In this document: positions 48,494 through 58,307 of the stretch, in pieces
Position numbering within the stretch: position 1 is the first letter of the stretch
Layout of the letters: the number at the start of each line of letters is the position of its first letter
Translations under genes and position numbers: made by a program
The notes under the pieces: model-generated
Database searches by the model: none
Seen by the model: the letters and a program-made list of their open reading frames with translations, nothing else
Told to the model about the DNA's origin: nothing
Assembly (NCBI GenBank): GCA_038102935.1
Contig: JAYNYG010000007.1
Span: forward strand, 39,270-103,269
From: Alphaproteobacteria bacterium
GTDB lineage: Bacteria > Pseudomonadota > Alphaproteobacteria > Bin95
Direction: 5' to 3'
Length of the DNA stretch: 64,000 bases

Positions 48494-49375
48494 CTAACCA
48501 TCCTCGAAGCGCGCATCCCGCCAAGCGAGCGCCGCCTTCAAGCCCTGCTCATCACGAATTCGCGCGAATTCGCGTTTTTCTGGGCCACCGCCAGCGTTCA
48601 GCAATACGTCGATATCAAGCCCGGCGCGCAGGGCAGCGTCGATGCCCATGGTTTGATATGTCTGGTTGATCGCGCGCTTGGTGAGCGTGACGGACCGCTC
48701 GGATGCGTTAGCGATCATCCGCGCTTTGGCGAGCGTTGCCGGCAGCGCTTCGCCTTCTGGCGCGACGCGGTTGATGATGCCCATGGCGACGGCGTCTGCA
48801 GCGTCCAGCTTGTCCTCGCCCGTCAACAGGATTTCCTTGGCCTGCTTCGGCCCTGTCACCCAGGGCAGCAGCATGGCGACAATGCCAGTGCCGAAACGCA
48901 CTTCTGGTTCGCCAAGCTTCGTTCCAGGCTCAGCGATGGTGATATCCGTCGCCAGCATGACCTCGAACGCGCCCGCCAAACAGTAGCCGTGAATGGCGGA
49001 GAGCGTCGGCGTTTTGGCGTGCCAGAATTGCATGATGAAATCGAATTGGAGCTGCATTTGCCGCTCCCAGTCTTCGATATCGGACTTTGGGTTTTCAGCA
49101 GCCGCTTTTAGGTCAAACCCCGCAGAAAACGCGCGACCAGCGCCGTTAACGACAATCGCCCTGACGCCGTCGTCTGCATCCAGCCCCGCAACGGCATCCA
49201 GAGTTTCGTACATCAAGGGATTGTGGAAAGCGTTCAGGCGATCTGGCCGGTTGAACGTCAGCAGCGCGACGGGGCCGTCCCGCTCAACAACGATATGCTC
49301 ATAGGTCATCGAACGGGCTCCCTTGCCGCCATGCTCATTGAAGGCGCTAGTTAACGGTTGGCGGCTCGTCATCAT
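48494..49375 (-). CDS. Enoyl-CoA hydratase/isomerase (crotonase) family protein
   Basis: ALLTFNRPDRLNAF...IVVNGAGRAFSAGFDL oxyanion-hole motifs. Confidence 0.8.
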   Translation of the reverse strand: MMTSRQPLTSAFNEHGGKGARSMTYEHIVVERDGPVALLTFNRPDRLNAFHNPLMYETLDAVAGLDADDGVRAIVVNGAGRAFSAGFDLKAAAENPKSDIEDWERQMQLQFDFIMQFWHAKTPTLSAIHGYCLAGAFEVMLATDITIAEPGTKLGEPEVRFGTGIVAMLLPWVTGPKQAKEILLTGEDKLDAADAVAMGIINRVAPEGEALPATLAKARMIANASERSVTLTKRAINQTYQTMGIDAALRAGLDIDVLLNAGGGPEKREFARIRDEQGLKAALAWRDARFEDG

Positions 49376-50009
49376 TGGCGGCGTTTGGGATGATGGCGAG
49401 CTCCATCAACGCTTCCAGCAACTCCGCCCGTCCGCTAAAAGTCGGCGCTTCCAGAAGCGCTTGTTTCTCTGCTGGCAGGAATGGGCAAGCCATCGCCAGC
49501 GCGTTCACCAGCGGCTCATCCGGCAGTTGGCCTATCGCGTCTTCGTCCGCGCCAAGGCCTTGGGTTTTCAGATAGCCGCCAAGCGCACCGAGCAATTTAT
49601 CCCGGTTCAAATCCGCTTCAACAGCTGTGGTGATATCTTCAGAGAATTCCGAATAGTCTGCGCGCACGCGGCGGTAACCGTCTTTCTCAGCGACTTCTTC
49701 CTGGATGCGGAGGCGTATGACGCCCTCCAGCGTTACGGTCCAGCGCCCGTCCTCAAGCTCTTCATGCTCAATGATCCGGCCCAAGCAGGCGACACTGTAT
49801 AATTCTGGCGCGTCGCCTTTGCTCTCCGGGTCACGCGGCTGCACCATGGCGATAACCTGATCGCCCTGCATCGCATCTTGCACCATGGCCCGGTAACGCG
49901 GCTCGAAGATATGCAGCGGCAGACGCGCGCGCGGCAACAGCAGCACGCCAGTCAGCGGGAATACCGGCACGACTGCCGGTAACGCCAGCGCCAGAGGATC
50001 ATTGGTCAT
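49347..50009 (-). CDS. Stand-alone Lon N-terminal (substrate-binding) domain protein
   Basis: VPVFPLTGVLLLPRARLPLHIFEPRYRAMV is a LON N-domain. No ATPase or protease domains are present. Confidence 0.7.
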   Translation of the reverse strand: MTNDPLALALPAVVPVFPLTGVLLLPRARLPLHIFEPRYRAMVQDAMQGDQVIAMVQPRDPESKGDAPELYSVACLGRIIEHEELEDGRWTVTLEGVIRLRIQEEVAEKDGYRRVRADYSEFSEDITTAVEADLNRDKLLGALGGYLKTQGLGADEDAIGQLPDEPLVNALAMACPFLPAEKQALLEAPTFSGRAELLEALMELAIIPNAANDDEPPTVN

Positions 50010-50030
50010 TGCCGCTGGCTCCGAATGCGA

Positions 50031-50954
50031 TCAGGAGAATAGGATCGAGGAGAGCCGCCGCCGGGCGGTCTTGGACGCATCATCCATTGGCCCCCAGGCT
50101 TCGAAGAACTTCAGGAGCTGCGTGCGCGCGCCCTCTTCGTTCCATGCGCGGTCAGCTTCAATGATATCCAGCAACGCATCCGCCGCCTCGTCCCGATCAT
50201 CCGCAGCAAATAGCGCCATAGCGAGATCAAACCGCGCCTGATGGTTTTTCGGCTCTGCCTCAACGGCGGCCCGGAGCGCGTCGATCTCGGACGTATCCGC
50301 GCCTTCGGTTTGGCCCGCCAGATCAACGGCGGAAATTGCGCCAGCAACGAACGGATCGCTCTGATCCGCTGGCGCCACGCGCTCGATGAACGCTTGCGCG
50401 TTCTCAAGATCACCATCCGCTAGGGCCACACGCGCCAAACCGGCAAGCGCATAGGGGTTTTCTGGCTCATGCTGCAGGACTTGCGCCAGGATTGCGCCTG
50501 CAGTTTCGAAGTCTTCCGCCTCAATCGCCGCGAGCGCCTGTTCTACGGCTTCTTCAATCGGGCTTTTGACTTCGCCGCCGACCAGCCGCTCAACGAAGGA
50601 CCGCACCTGGCTTTCAGGGATCGCGCCCTGGAAACCATCCGCCGGGCGGCCTTGTTTGAAGCCATAGACCATCGGGATCGACTGGATCTGCATCTGCTGC
50701 GCGATTTGCTGGTTCTCGTCGATATTGACCTTGACCATCTTGACCTTGCCCTGAGCCGCGTTGACGACCTTCTCCAGGATCGGGGTCAACTGCTTGCAGG
50801 GGCCGCACCAGGGCGCCCAGAAATCAACGATTACAGGCGTTTCCATCGACGCTTCGATGACATCCGCCATGAAGGTCTCAATACCGCTGTCTTTGATATA
50901 GGGGCTCGCGCCGCCCGCCGGTTGGGCTGCGCCGTCGCCTGACATAATTTCCAT
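50031..50954 (-). CDS. Thioredoxin-domain protein with C-terminal TPR-like region (YbbN/CnoX-type)
   Basis: FWAPWCGPCK thioredoxin motif, then a helical TPR-like repeat region. Confidence 0.8.
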   Translation of the reverse strand: MEIMSGDGAAQPAGGASPYIKDSGIETFMADVIEASMETPVIVDFWAPWCGPCKQLTPILEKVVNAAQGKVKMVKVNIDENQQIAQQMQIQSIPMVYGFKQGRPADGFQGAIPESQVRSFVERLVGGEVKSPIEEAVEQALAAIEAEDFETAGAILAQVLQHEPENPYALAGLARVALADGDLENAQAFIERVAPADQSDPFVAGAISAVDLAGQTEGADTSEIDALRAAVEAEPKNHQARFDLAMALFAADDRDEAADALLDIIEADRAWNEEGARTQLLKFFEAWGPMDDASKTARRRLSSILFS

Positions 50955-51043
50955 TGCCGCTTGCTTCCGAAATGCTGGAGAGGTGTCGCCCAGAACATGG
51001 GCAAAGCAAAGGCATGTGGCAAGGGGGAAGCGGCGAGCGGTCG

Positions 51044-52454
51044 CTATGCGGCGTTCAAGTTCCTTAAGAAATCACCGATACCTGCGTTCAGGCGGGCGCC
51101 GACGTCTCGCAGATCATCGGCAGTCTTCAAGATTGCGTCTGATGCATTGCCGGTGATGCTGGCGCGCGCATTCACAGCGGCGCAATTATCCGCAACGCTG
51201 GCCGCGCCCGTGGACGCCTCATGCATGCTCTCAGATATGCCGCGCGCTGTAACCGTTTGTTCTTCGATGCTGGCGGCGATGCACACTGTCGCTTCATTCA
51301 CGCTGGCGATGGTGTCGCTGATGCCAGATATGGCGCTGCCCGCCTGCTCTGAAACGCCCTGAATTTCAACAATTTGGCGAGCAATTTCTTCAGTTGCGCT
51401 CGCCGTTTGGCCAGCCAACGCCTTCACTTCCGACGCGACCACGGCGAACCCTCGCCCCGCTTCGCCAGCGCGGGCGGCTTCGATGGTTGCGTTAAGCGCC
51501 AGCAAGTTTGTTTGAGCAGTGATGCCACTGATCAGTTTCACCACCTCGCCGATTTTATCCGCGGATTGCGCCAAGCTACGAACGGTTGCTTGCGTGGCTT
51601 GCGCCTTGTCCATCGCTTCCTGCACTACAGCTTCAGAACGAACCGCCTGCGCACTGATCTCCTGGACGGCATAGGCCAATTCTTCACCAGCGGCAGCGGC
51701 TGACGTGACGTTCTCAGAGGTTTGCACGGTCGCGCTGGCGACCTCAGTTGAAAGGCCCTCCGTCGCCCGCGCCGCATCTGCGACGGCTCGGGCTGCATGG
51801 TCGAGCTTGTCGGTCTCACCCGTAATGTCGTCAACAAGGGCGCCAAGCCCAACGGACATGTCAGCGGATAACTCACGCACGAGTGCCGTTCGTTCTGCCG
51901 CCGCCGCCTCGTAATAGATGGACATCGCCACGTCCATATCCAGGATCAGCGCTTTTTGAACTGCATCCGAAACCGCTTGGAAATTTCTTTGGCTTTCGTT
52001 TGTAGGCCTGCATAGCGACGCCGCCGATCAAGTTCAGAAACTTGGCGTAACTGCCAATGAACCAGCGTGGCTCCATACCGCTTTGATACCGGGCCTGGCC
52101 AATTTTCTCTGTAATCTTGAAATACTCAGCGTCAAAACCGCTGGTGAACAAGGCGCGCCAATGCAACGTCTGGCTCTCACAGAACTTGTCCTCTTTGCCG
52201 CGCAAATGCATTGCGGCCGTCTGCACGCTCATGGCATGCGCGACAAAGGTTTTGAGCAATTGCGGCAACGTCTTTTCAAGCGTCGGCCAGAAATCCTGCA
52301 ACTCTCGAAGGTCGCCATCGTTCAACCCAATGAACTGAAAGCGCTCGCGCATATCCGGCTGGCTATTCTGCAGCAACGGATCGCTTCTATGAGCGTTCGG
52401 ACTTGTTCGGTTCAGCATTTCAATCACGAAGCTTCGGGTTTCAGCGTATGACAC
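51044..52454 (-). pseudogene. Globin-coupled (HemAT-like) chemoreceptor split by a frameshift: globin sensor ORF 51873-52454 plus MCP signalling ORF 51044-51937
   Basis: The upstream ORF has the sensor-globin signature (DAEYFKITEKIGQARYQSGMEPRWFIGSYAKFL, compare HemAT ...GLEPRWYIGAY...). In another frame the linker [22 protein letters not shown] continues into an MCP signalling domain ([32 protein letters not shown]). The frame junction lies near 51980-52000 in an A/T-run context. Confidence 0.6.
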
Positions 52455-52499
52455 CCCAACATTGCGCGATTTGCTTAAGCGACAGTGAAAATCAACGCC

Positions 52500-53351
52500 T
52501 TAAGCGCCGCTAACTGCCGACAAAACGCCTGCACTCACCCATTCATCCAGCTCGGCCAAACTTTGATCGCGGCCCATCGGGTCAAGATTCACGACAACCC
52601 GCTCAATACCTGCATCCTGATAACGCTTCAGCATGTCCGGATCAGGCTCGCCGCCGAAGACCGTGACAGGGATATTGCGCCCTGCCTCAGCCGCCATCGC
52701 ACGGTATTCGGGCATCATATCCAGGATGTGATAGTGCGGGCGCTTGGCGTGCGGCAGCCATGCGTCGCCATAACGAAGCGCGCGCCGGGCGCCATACGGA
52801 AAAGCGCCGCCGACATAGACTGGCGGGCCGCCCGCCTGCGCTGGTTTCGGCCATGTTTGCAGTGGCCCGAATTCCACCATGTCGCCCTGATATTCCGCCG
52901 TATCTTCTGTCCAGATGGCGCGCATGGCTTCGGTTTTTTCGCGCATCAGCTTCATGCGGGTTTTGAAATCAACGCCGTGGTTCGCCATCTCATCCGCGTT
53001 CCACCCGGCGCCGATGCCAAACAGAAACCGCCCCTCGGACATCAGATCCAGGGTTGCGACAGTTTTCGCAGTTTGATACAAGTCCCGCTGAGGCACGAGG
53101 CAGATACCGGTCGCAAGCTTCAGAGAAGTCGTGGCCGTCGCTGCCGCCGTCAGCGTTACAAACGGGTCCATGACCTCGAAATACTTCTGCGGCAGCGCTC
53201 CGCCCTGCGGCCATTCAGACCCGCGTGACAGGGGTATATGGCTGTGCTCGGGCACCCAAAGCGATTCAAATCCGCGCTCTTCCAATGCGCGGCCTAAATC
53301 AGCCGCCCGAATGGATTCCGCCGTAAAAAACAACGCAACGCCGATATGCAT
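52500..53351 (-). CDS. Luciferase-like monooxygenase (LLM) / F420-type oxidoreductase family protein
   Basis: MHIGVALFFT...LWVPEHSH...LATGICLVPQRDL TIM-barrel LLM motifs. Confidence 0.8.
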   Translation of the reverse strand: MHIGVALFFTAESIRAADLGRALEERGFESLWVPEHSHIPLSRGSEWPQGGALPQKYFEVMDPFVTLTAAATATTSLKLATGICLVPQRDLYQTAKTVATLDLMSEGRFLFGIGAGWNADEMANHGVDFKTRMKLMREKTEAMRAIWTEDTAEYQGDMVEFGPLQTWPKPAQAGGPPVYVGGAFPYGARRALRYGDAWLPHAKRPHYHILDMMPEYRAMAAEAGRNIPVTVFGGEPDPDMLKRYQDAGIERVVVNLDPMGRDQSLAELDEWVSAGVLSAVSGA

Positions 53352-53405
53352 GAGCTTTGTCCCTGAATTACAGAAATCAAGCTTAGATCGACGGGCGCGG
53401 CGCCG

Positions 53406-54575
53406 CTACTGTTGTGGCTGGCCTTGTTTGGCGTCTGGCTTGGCGATCACGTCTGGGGTGCGGGCGGTCAGGCGTTTGGTCTTGTAATCGGTTAGGCGAT
53501 AGGCCCAGCCGGATGCGCTGGCGGACCATTTTTCGATTTCCGCCGCCACTTCCTCAGACGTTTTGAACTGGTCCGCGATGCGGCCAGATTCTGTGTCCTT
53601 GCCCTTATTTGCTTCCAAGAACGCATCGAGACCTGCCCAACGGCCAGCGGGTTCGAGGTTTAGCGTCACCCAGGTTTTACCGTCTTCCAGTTTCTTTGCC
53701 CGGTAGACCAATCGCACGCCGTCAAATGTCTCGTAGATGGTCTCGACAGCGCCGGTCATATCGACCTCGCCAGCCGGGCGCACGTCTTCGAGAATCTGGA
53801 AATCCGGGATGCGCGCGATGGCGGAAAGCTCATGATCCGGCTTTGGCTGATACCCGTCCGGGATCGCAGCGCCGAGACTATATTTCTCCTGATCGGGCGA
53901 TTCTTTAGCAACCAAGATCAAATCCGCGATCGCGCCATCGCCGACCGGCTTGCCATCCTGATCCAATGCGGGATGCTGGATGCGCGCGCCGGAAATGCGG
54001 CGGCCATCGATGTTAACGATCGTGCGCTGGATCCAATCCAGGGGACGGCGCTTCGGCTTAAATTCGCCTTCGACCAACCAGGTCTGCGCATCATCATATT
54101 CACGCAAGAACACGCCGCCGCCCGTCGCCGGCGGACGGTTCAAGCCGGAAATGAAATCCGCAACCGCTGTATCGCCCGCCTTCAGCGTGACGCGGGTGGC
54201 AAGCGAATACTCATCCGCCGGGTCGTCCACATTCAGGCGTTTGTAGTTTTCGGGCTTCTTGGTTTTTGGCTCAATTTTCTCAAGCGTCGCAATGCGCTTG
54301 AGGATACCCGTGACGCGTTCATTGTCCGCCGGGTAGCCGTAATGCTCTTGGATGACCCATTGCTCATCTTGGCGCGCCAATGTCAGCACGCCGCCTTCCT
54401 GGCTTTCCATTCGGAAAGTATCGACATCATTAATCTGGCCAGCGATGCCTTCAAACATCGGGCCTTTTTCATAGGCTGCCGACTGCAGGTTTTGGCGTTC
54501 CTGGCCAAAATAATATGCGCCGCCGCCGATGATCGCGACGGCGATGGCGAGAATCAGGACAAGACGAGCGTTCAT
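53406..54575 (-). CDS. DUF4340-like membrane-anchored periplasmic protein (accessory to the GldG-type ABC system)
   Basis: N-terminal TM helix, then a hydrophilic domain of about 360 aa. Its stop overlaps the GldG-like gene. Confidence 0.5.
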   Translation of the reverse strand: MNARLVLILAIAVAIIGGGAYYFGQERQNLQSAAYEKGPMFEGIAGQINDVDTFRMESQEGGVLTLARQDEQWVIQEHYGYPADNERVTGILKRIATLEKIEPKTKKPENYKRLNVDDPADEYSLATRVTLKAGDTAVADFISGLNRPPATGGGVFLREYDDAQTWLVEGEFKPKRRPLDWIQRTIVNIDGRRISGARIQHPALDQDGKPVGDGAIADLILVAKESPDQEKYSLGAAIPDGYQPKPDHELSAIARIPDFQILEDVRPAGEVDMTGAVETIYETFDGVRLVYRAKKLEDGKTWVTLNLEPAGRWAGLDAFLEANKGKDTESGRIADQFKTSEEVAAEIEKWSASASGWAYRLTDYKTKRLTARTPDVIAKPDAKQGQPQQ

Positions 54576-56623
54576 GCTGCGCTCCCCTGGCTGGATAAGG
54601 AACTGGATGTGGCGCTCGATTTGGCCGCTTTTGCGAATTCACGCTGGAACGCCCGGCGGTGCTGGCTGCGCAAGAACGCGCCGAACAACGCCAGGATCGC
54701 GATGATCAGTGGCATGAGAACCACATTCGCGGCCTTAATCTTGCCGGTCAACGTCTCAACATCGCTGCGGAGCGCAAACTGCACATCCCGTAGCTCCTTG
54801 CGGACCTTCAGCATCTGCTGCTGTGCGGCGTCAATCTCCGCCCGCTGAGCATCCGTCAACACGAGCGAGGTTTTCCCAGATGGGTCGCTGGCGCGTTTGA
54901 CATTCGTCAGCTTCTTCTGCACGGCTTCCAAGTCCTGCAGGAGTTCCTGCTCCTTAGCGCGGAACTGGCGTTCGGCGTCCCGCTGGATTTCATTGATCAG
55001 CGTGAACGGCCGTTGGAACCCGCCACGGCTACGCAGGCCAATCAGGTCCGCAGAGCCGGTTAAGTTCTCCAGCAGGTTGGCGAAGAATACGCCGTTATTG
55101 GCATTCGGCACGGCGATGCGCTGGCCGAAAAGGTCCTGCACCTGCACCCAGAGGCCATCCGCCAGCAAGTCCACGTCAGCCGTGACGGCAAGGCCTACGG
55201 GCGCATCAGACTTCGCTTTGTGCTTAGCCTTCATCGCATCGAACTTTTCCTGAGCCTTGGTTTTGTCTTCGTCCTTAGCCTCAGCCTCATCCAGTATGGC
55301 GGGCCGTGGGGGGCCGTCCGGGAAGGCGGTATTGGCGATGCCGGTCAACCGGGCGGCGATGGTGAATTTTGCTTCCGCCTTCAGATCATTCGCGATGCCG
55401 ACGATATCCGGCTGGCGGCCTTGGGCGCGGCCAACATCGACCAACCCAGCATTCTGCGAGGTCTGGATTAGCGGTTCAATCGTCAGGCCGCCGGACTCGC
55501 CGTAGGGCACGATATGGCCGGGGGATGCGATATGCAGTTGATCCAACTGGCTGGTGGTGATGTCCGTCTCGCTCATATTCGCACGGCGGAGCGCCATCCA
55601 AAGCGGATACTCAATCGCCAGCATGCGGGTTTTGCTGGCGTTTGGCGCGCGCACCTTGCGGGCGTTCGAGATATCGCCAACGAGCTTGCCCGCAGGCACC
55701 TCCATGCCCCAGGCGTGGAAGAGCTTCTGCAATTTATCCGCCGTGCCATAATCGACCCGTTGCTGACCGCCCCGTTGCGGCGGGCGCTGGGCGTCCGCTT
55801 CACTATGGGGATCAACGAAGGCGATGACTTTACCGCCGTTCAGCAGAAACTGATCAATGCCGTAAAGCGCTTCGTCGCTGAGCGTCGGCGGTTGAATAAT
55901 CAGCAGCAAATCAAGATCATCCGGGAGCGCGCCCGAGTTGGCGCTGACTTCTGACATATCAAAAAACTGCTTGGCCTGAGACCAGACCACCCAACTATCG
56001 TCCGGCCCGCTCGGCGCGCCGCGCGCGCGCTGGGAGCCAGCTACAGGCACTGTCGTGATGAGGCCGACTTTCGGCTTATTCGGGTTGGCGAGGTTGTAGA
56101 CAATCCGCGCCAGATCATATTCCAGGAACGGCTCACGCTTTTCGTCAAAAAACGGAATGACCTGTTGGTGATCCGTCGCGTTGACGCCGAAGAGACCGAA
56201 ATACACGGTCTCGCCGGTTTGATCGACAGGCACGCCCTGCAGGCCGACAGCGACCGCACGGTCTTCTTCGTCGGTGAACGGAAGCGGGTCAATGATTTCG
56301 AGGCGGATCTTGCCTTGGCCGTAAGCTGCAAACTCCTCCAGCATATCTTTGACGCGCTCGCCCAGAATCCCGATTTGTGGAATTTCACGGGCGAGACGAC
56401 CAGAGAAATAGTAGCGGAGCGTGATCGGCTCATCGATCTTATTGATGACGTTCAGCGTGCCTTCGCTCAGCGTGAACAGGCCTTCCTCGGTCAGATCAAG
56501 CCGTGCTGATTTGAGCGCGTTGTTGGCGAGCGTCACCGTCGCGACGAAGCCGACCGCGATGAGCGCCAAAGAAATAAGGCTCAGCGCACCGCTGGTTTTT
56601 CTACCTAATGCCATGCCGATCAC
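54572..56623 (-). CDS. GldG-like auxiliary component of an ABC-2 type transport system (ABC-type uncharacterized transport system domain)
   Basis: N-terminal TM, EPITLRYYFS...GETVYFGLFG conserved domain, C-terminal TM, coiled coil, and a Ser-rich tail. Confidence 0.7.
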   Translation of the reverse strand: MIGMALGRKTSGALSLISLALIAVGFVATVTLANNALKSARLDLTEEGLFTLSEGTLNVINKIDEPITLRYYFSGRLAREIPQIGILGERVKDMLEEFAAYGQGKIRLEIIDPLPFTDEEDRAVAVGLQGVPVDQTGETVYFGLFGVNATDHQQVIPFFDEKREPFLEYDLARIVYNLANPNKPKVGLITTVPVAGSQRARGAPSGPDDSWVVWSQAKQFFDMSEVSANSGALPDDLDLLLIIQPPTLSDEALYGIDQFLLNGGKVIAFVDPHSEADAQRPPQRGGQQRVDYGTADKLQKLFHAWGMEVPAGKLVGDISNARKVRAPNASKTRMLAIEYPLWMALRRANMSETDITTSQLDQLHIASPGHIVPYGESGGLTIEPLIQTSQNAGLVDVGRAQGRQPDIVGIANDLKAEAKFTIAARLTGIANTAFPDGPPRPAILDEAEAKDEDKTKAQEKFDAMKAKHKAKSDAPVGLAVTADVDLLADGLWVQVQDLFGQRIAVPNANNGVFFANLLENLTGSADLIGLRSRGGFQRPFTLINEIQRDAERQFRAKEQELLQDLEAVQKKLTNVKRASDPSGKTSLVLTDAQRAEIDAAQQQMLKVRKELRDVQFALRSDVETLTGKIKAANVVLMPLIIAILALFGAFLRSQHRRAFQREFAKAAKSSATSSSLSSQGSAA

Positions 56624-57354
56624 CCTGCCTTCTTCGAATCAACGACGACCATGGTCGCCAGCAGCCAAGCGACCATTAGCGCCAGGAAGTACACAACATC
56701 ACGCGCATCAATCACGCCTTTGATGATCTGGTTGAAATGCGGCAACACGGATAGGCCCGCGACCGTTTTCAATGCATCATCAGACATGAATTCTGAAATC
56801 AGGTCCGTGACAAACCCGGCGCCGCCAGCCGTCATCAAGAAGCAAACCGTCACGGTGACAACGAATGCGATCACCTGGTTTTTAGTCGCTGCAGAGAGGC
56901 AGGAGCCGATGGCGACATAGCCGCCCGCCATCAGGAATGACCCCACATAGCTTGCGAGGATGACGCCGTTGTCCGGCTCGCCCAGCACATTGACCGTGAT
57001 CCAGATCGGGAAGGTCAGCGCCAATGCAAGGCCAAGGAATAGCCAAGCCGCAATGAACTTGCCGATCACAGCCGCCCATACAGGGATCGGTAGAGTCAGG
57101 AACAGCTCAATCGTACCTTGGCGCCGTTCTTCCGCCCAAAGCCGCATGGAAAGCGCGGGGGCCATGAACAAATAGAGCCAGGGGTGGAACATGAAGAAGG
57201 ATTGCAGGTCGGCATTGCCGCGTTCGAGGAAATAGCCCACGAAGAATGTGAACGCACTCGCGAGCGCCAGGAAAATGATCAGGAAGATCGCCGCCACCGG
57301 GGTTGCGAAATATCCGGCGAATTCGCGCCGGGCGACTGTCAGCAATGCGCCCAT
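56620..57354 (-). CDS. ABC-2 family permease (GldF-like)
   Basis: Six-TM ABC-2 permease translationally coupled to its neighbours. Confidence 0.7.
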   Translation of the reverse strand: MGALLTVARREFAGYFATPVAAIFLIIFLALASAFTFFVGYFLERGNADLQSFFMFHPWLYLFMAPALSMRLWAEERRQGTIELFLTLPIPVWAAVIGKFIAAWLFLGLALALTFPIWITVNVLGEPDNGVILASYVGSFLMAGGYVAIGSCLSAATKNQVIAFVVTVTVCFLMTAGGAGFVTDLISEFMSDDALKTVAGLSVLPHFNQIIKGVIDARDVVYFLALMVAWLLATMVVVDSKKAG

Positions 57355-58307
57355 CAGGCCGCCTCCCCTTTCAGCGTTAGATGGCGGAAGAGATCCTCGA
57401 GCGCCGAGGCTTCTGGCCTGACGGAGATCACATCCACATTCCCATCCGCCAGCGCGCCGGCGACGGTGTTCAGGATCATCGCCCCGCCTTTGGGAGCCAC
57501 GATCAGCTTGGCTTGACCGCCCGGCAGAGCCACAACGCGGATATCGCTTACCGCATCCAGTGGCTGCAGCGCAGAGCGGGCACGCTCCGCCACGTCCTTT
57601 GAGAGCGTTACGGCGACGGCGTTAAAGATTTCAGAGCGCTGAGCCAATTCGCCCGGCGCGCCATCAGCGATGACTTTGCCGTCTGCGATGATCACCGCGC
57701 GGCTGCAGATCGCGTCTACTTCTTCCAGAATATGGGTCGAGATGATGATGGCTTTGTCCGGCGCGATTTCGCGGATGAGCTCGCGCACTTCGTGTTTCTG
57801 GTTCGGGTCCAGTCCGTCCGTTGGCTCATCCAAGATCAACACGTCGGGATCATGCAGGAGCGCCTGGGCCAGGCCGACCCGGCGCTTGAAGCCTTTGGAA
57901 AGGGTTTCAATCGGCTGCGCTACGACGCTTTCCAGATTGGTGCGCGCGATCGAGGCATACACCTTCCGGCGAAGGTCTGAGCCTGAAATCCCGCGTGTCC
58001 GTCCGCAGAAATGCAGCAGGCTCCAGGGCGTCATATCCGGATAGAGCGGCGCGCCTTCTGGCAAATAACCAAGCGTGCGCCGTGCGGCCATCGGCTCTGA
58101 ATCGACATCAAAACCCATGATTTCGGCGCGGCCGGACGTCGGCTTCAAGAAGCCTGTCAGCATCTTCATGGTCGTTGATTTGCCAGCGCCGTTCGGGCCT
58201 AAGAATCCCAGAACCTCGCCTCGTTTAACCTGCAGCGAAACGCCATCCACGGCGCGCTTCGCCCCAAACGATTTCACAAGCTGATCGGCCACGATCATAT
58301 CGGCCAT
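57354..58307 (-). CDS. ABC transporter ATP-binding protein (GldA-like)
   Basis: Walker A GPNGAGKST, signature LSKGFKRRV, Walker B ILDEPTDGLD. Confidence 0.85.
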   Translation of the reverse strand: MADMIVADQLVKSFGAKRAVDGVSLQVKRGEVLGFLGPNGAGKSTTMKMLTGFLKPTSGRAEIMGFDVDSEPMAARRTLGYLPEGAPLYPDMTPWSLLHFCGRTRGISGSDLRRKVYASIARTNLESVVAQPIETLSKGFKRRVGLAQALLHDPDVLILDEPTDGLDPNQKHEVRELIREIAPDKAIIISTHILEEVDAICSRAVIIADGKVIADGAPGELAQRSEIFNAVAVTLSKDVAERARSALQPLDAVSDIRVVALPGGQAKLIVAPKGGAMILNTVAGALADGNVDVISVRPEASALEDLFRHLTLKGEAA

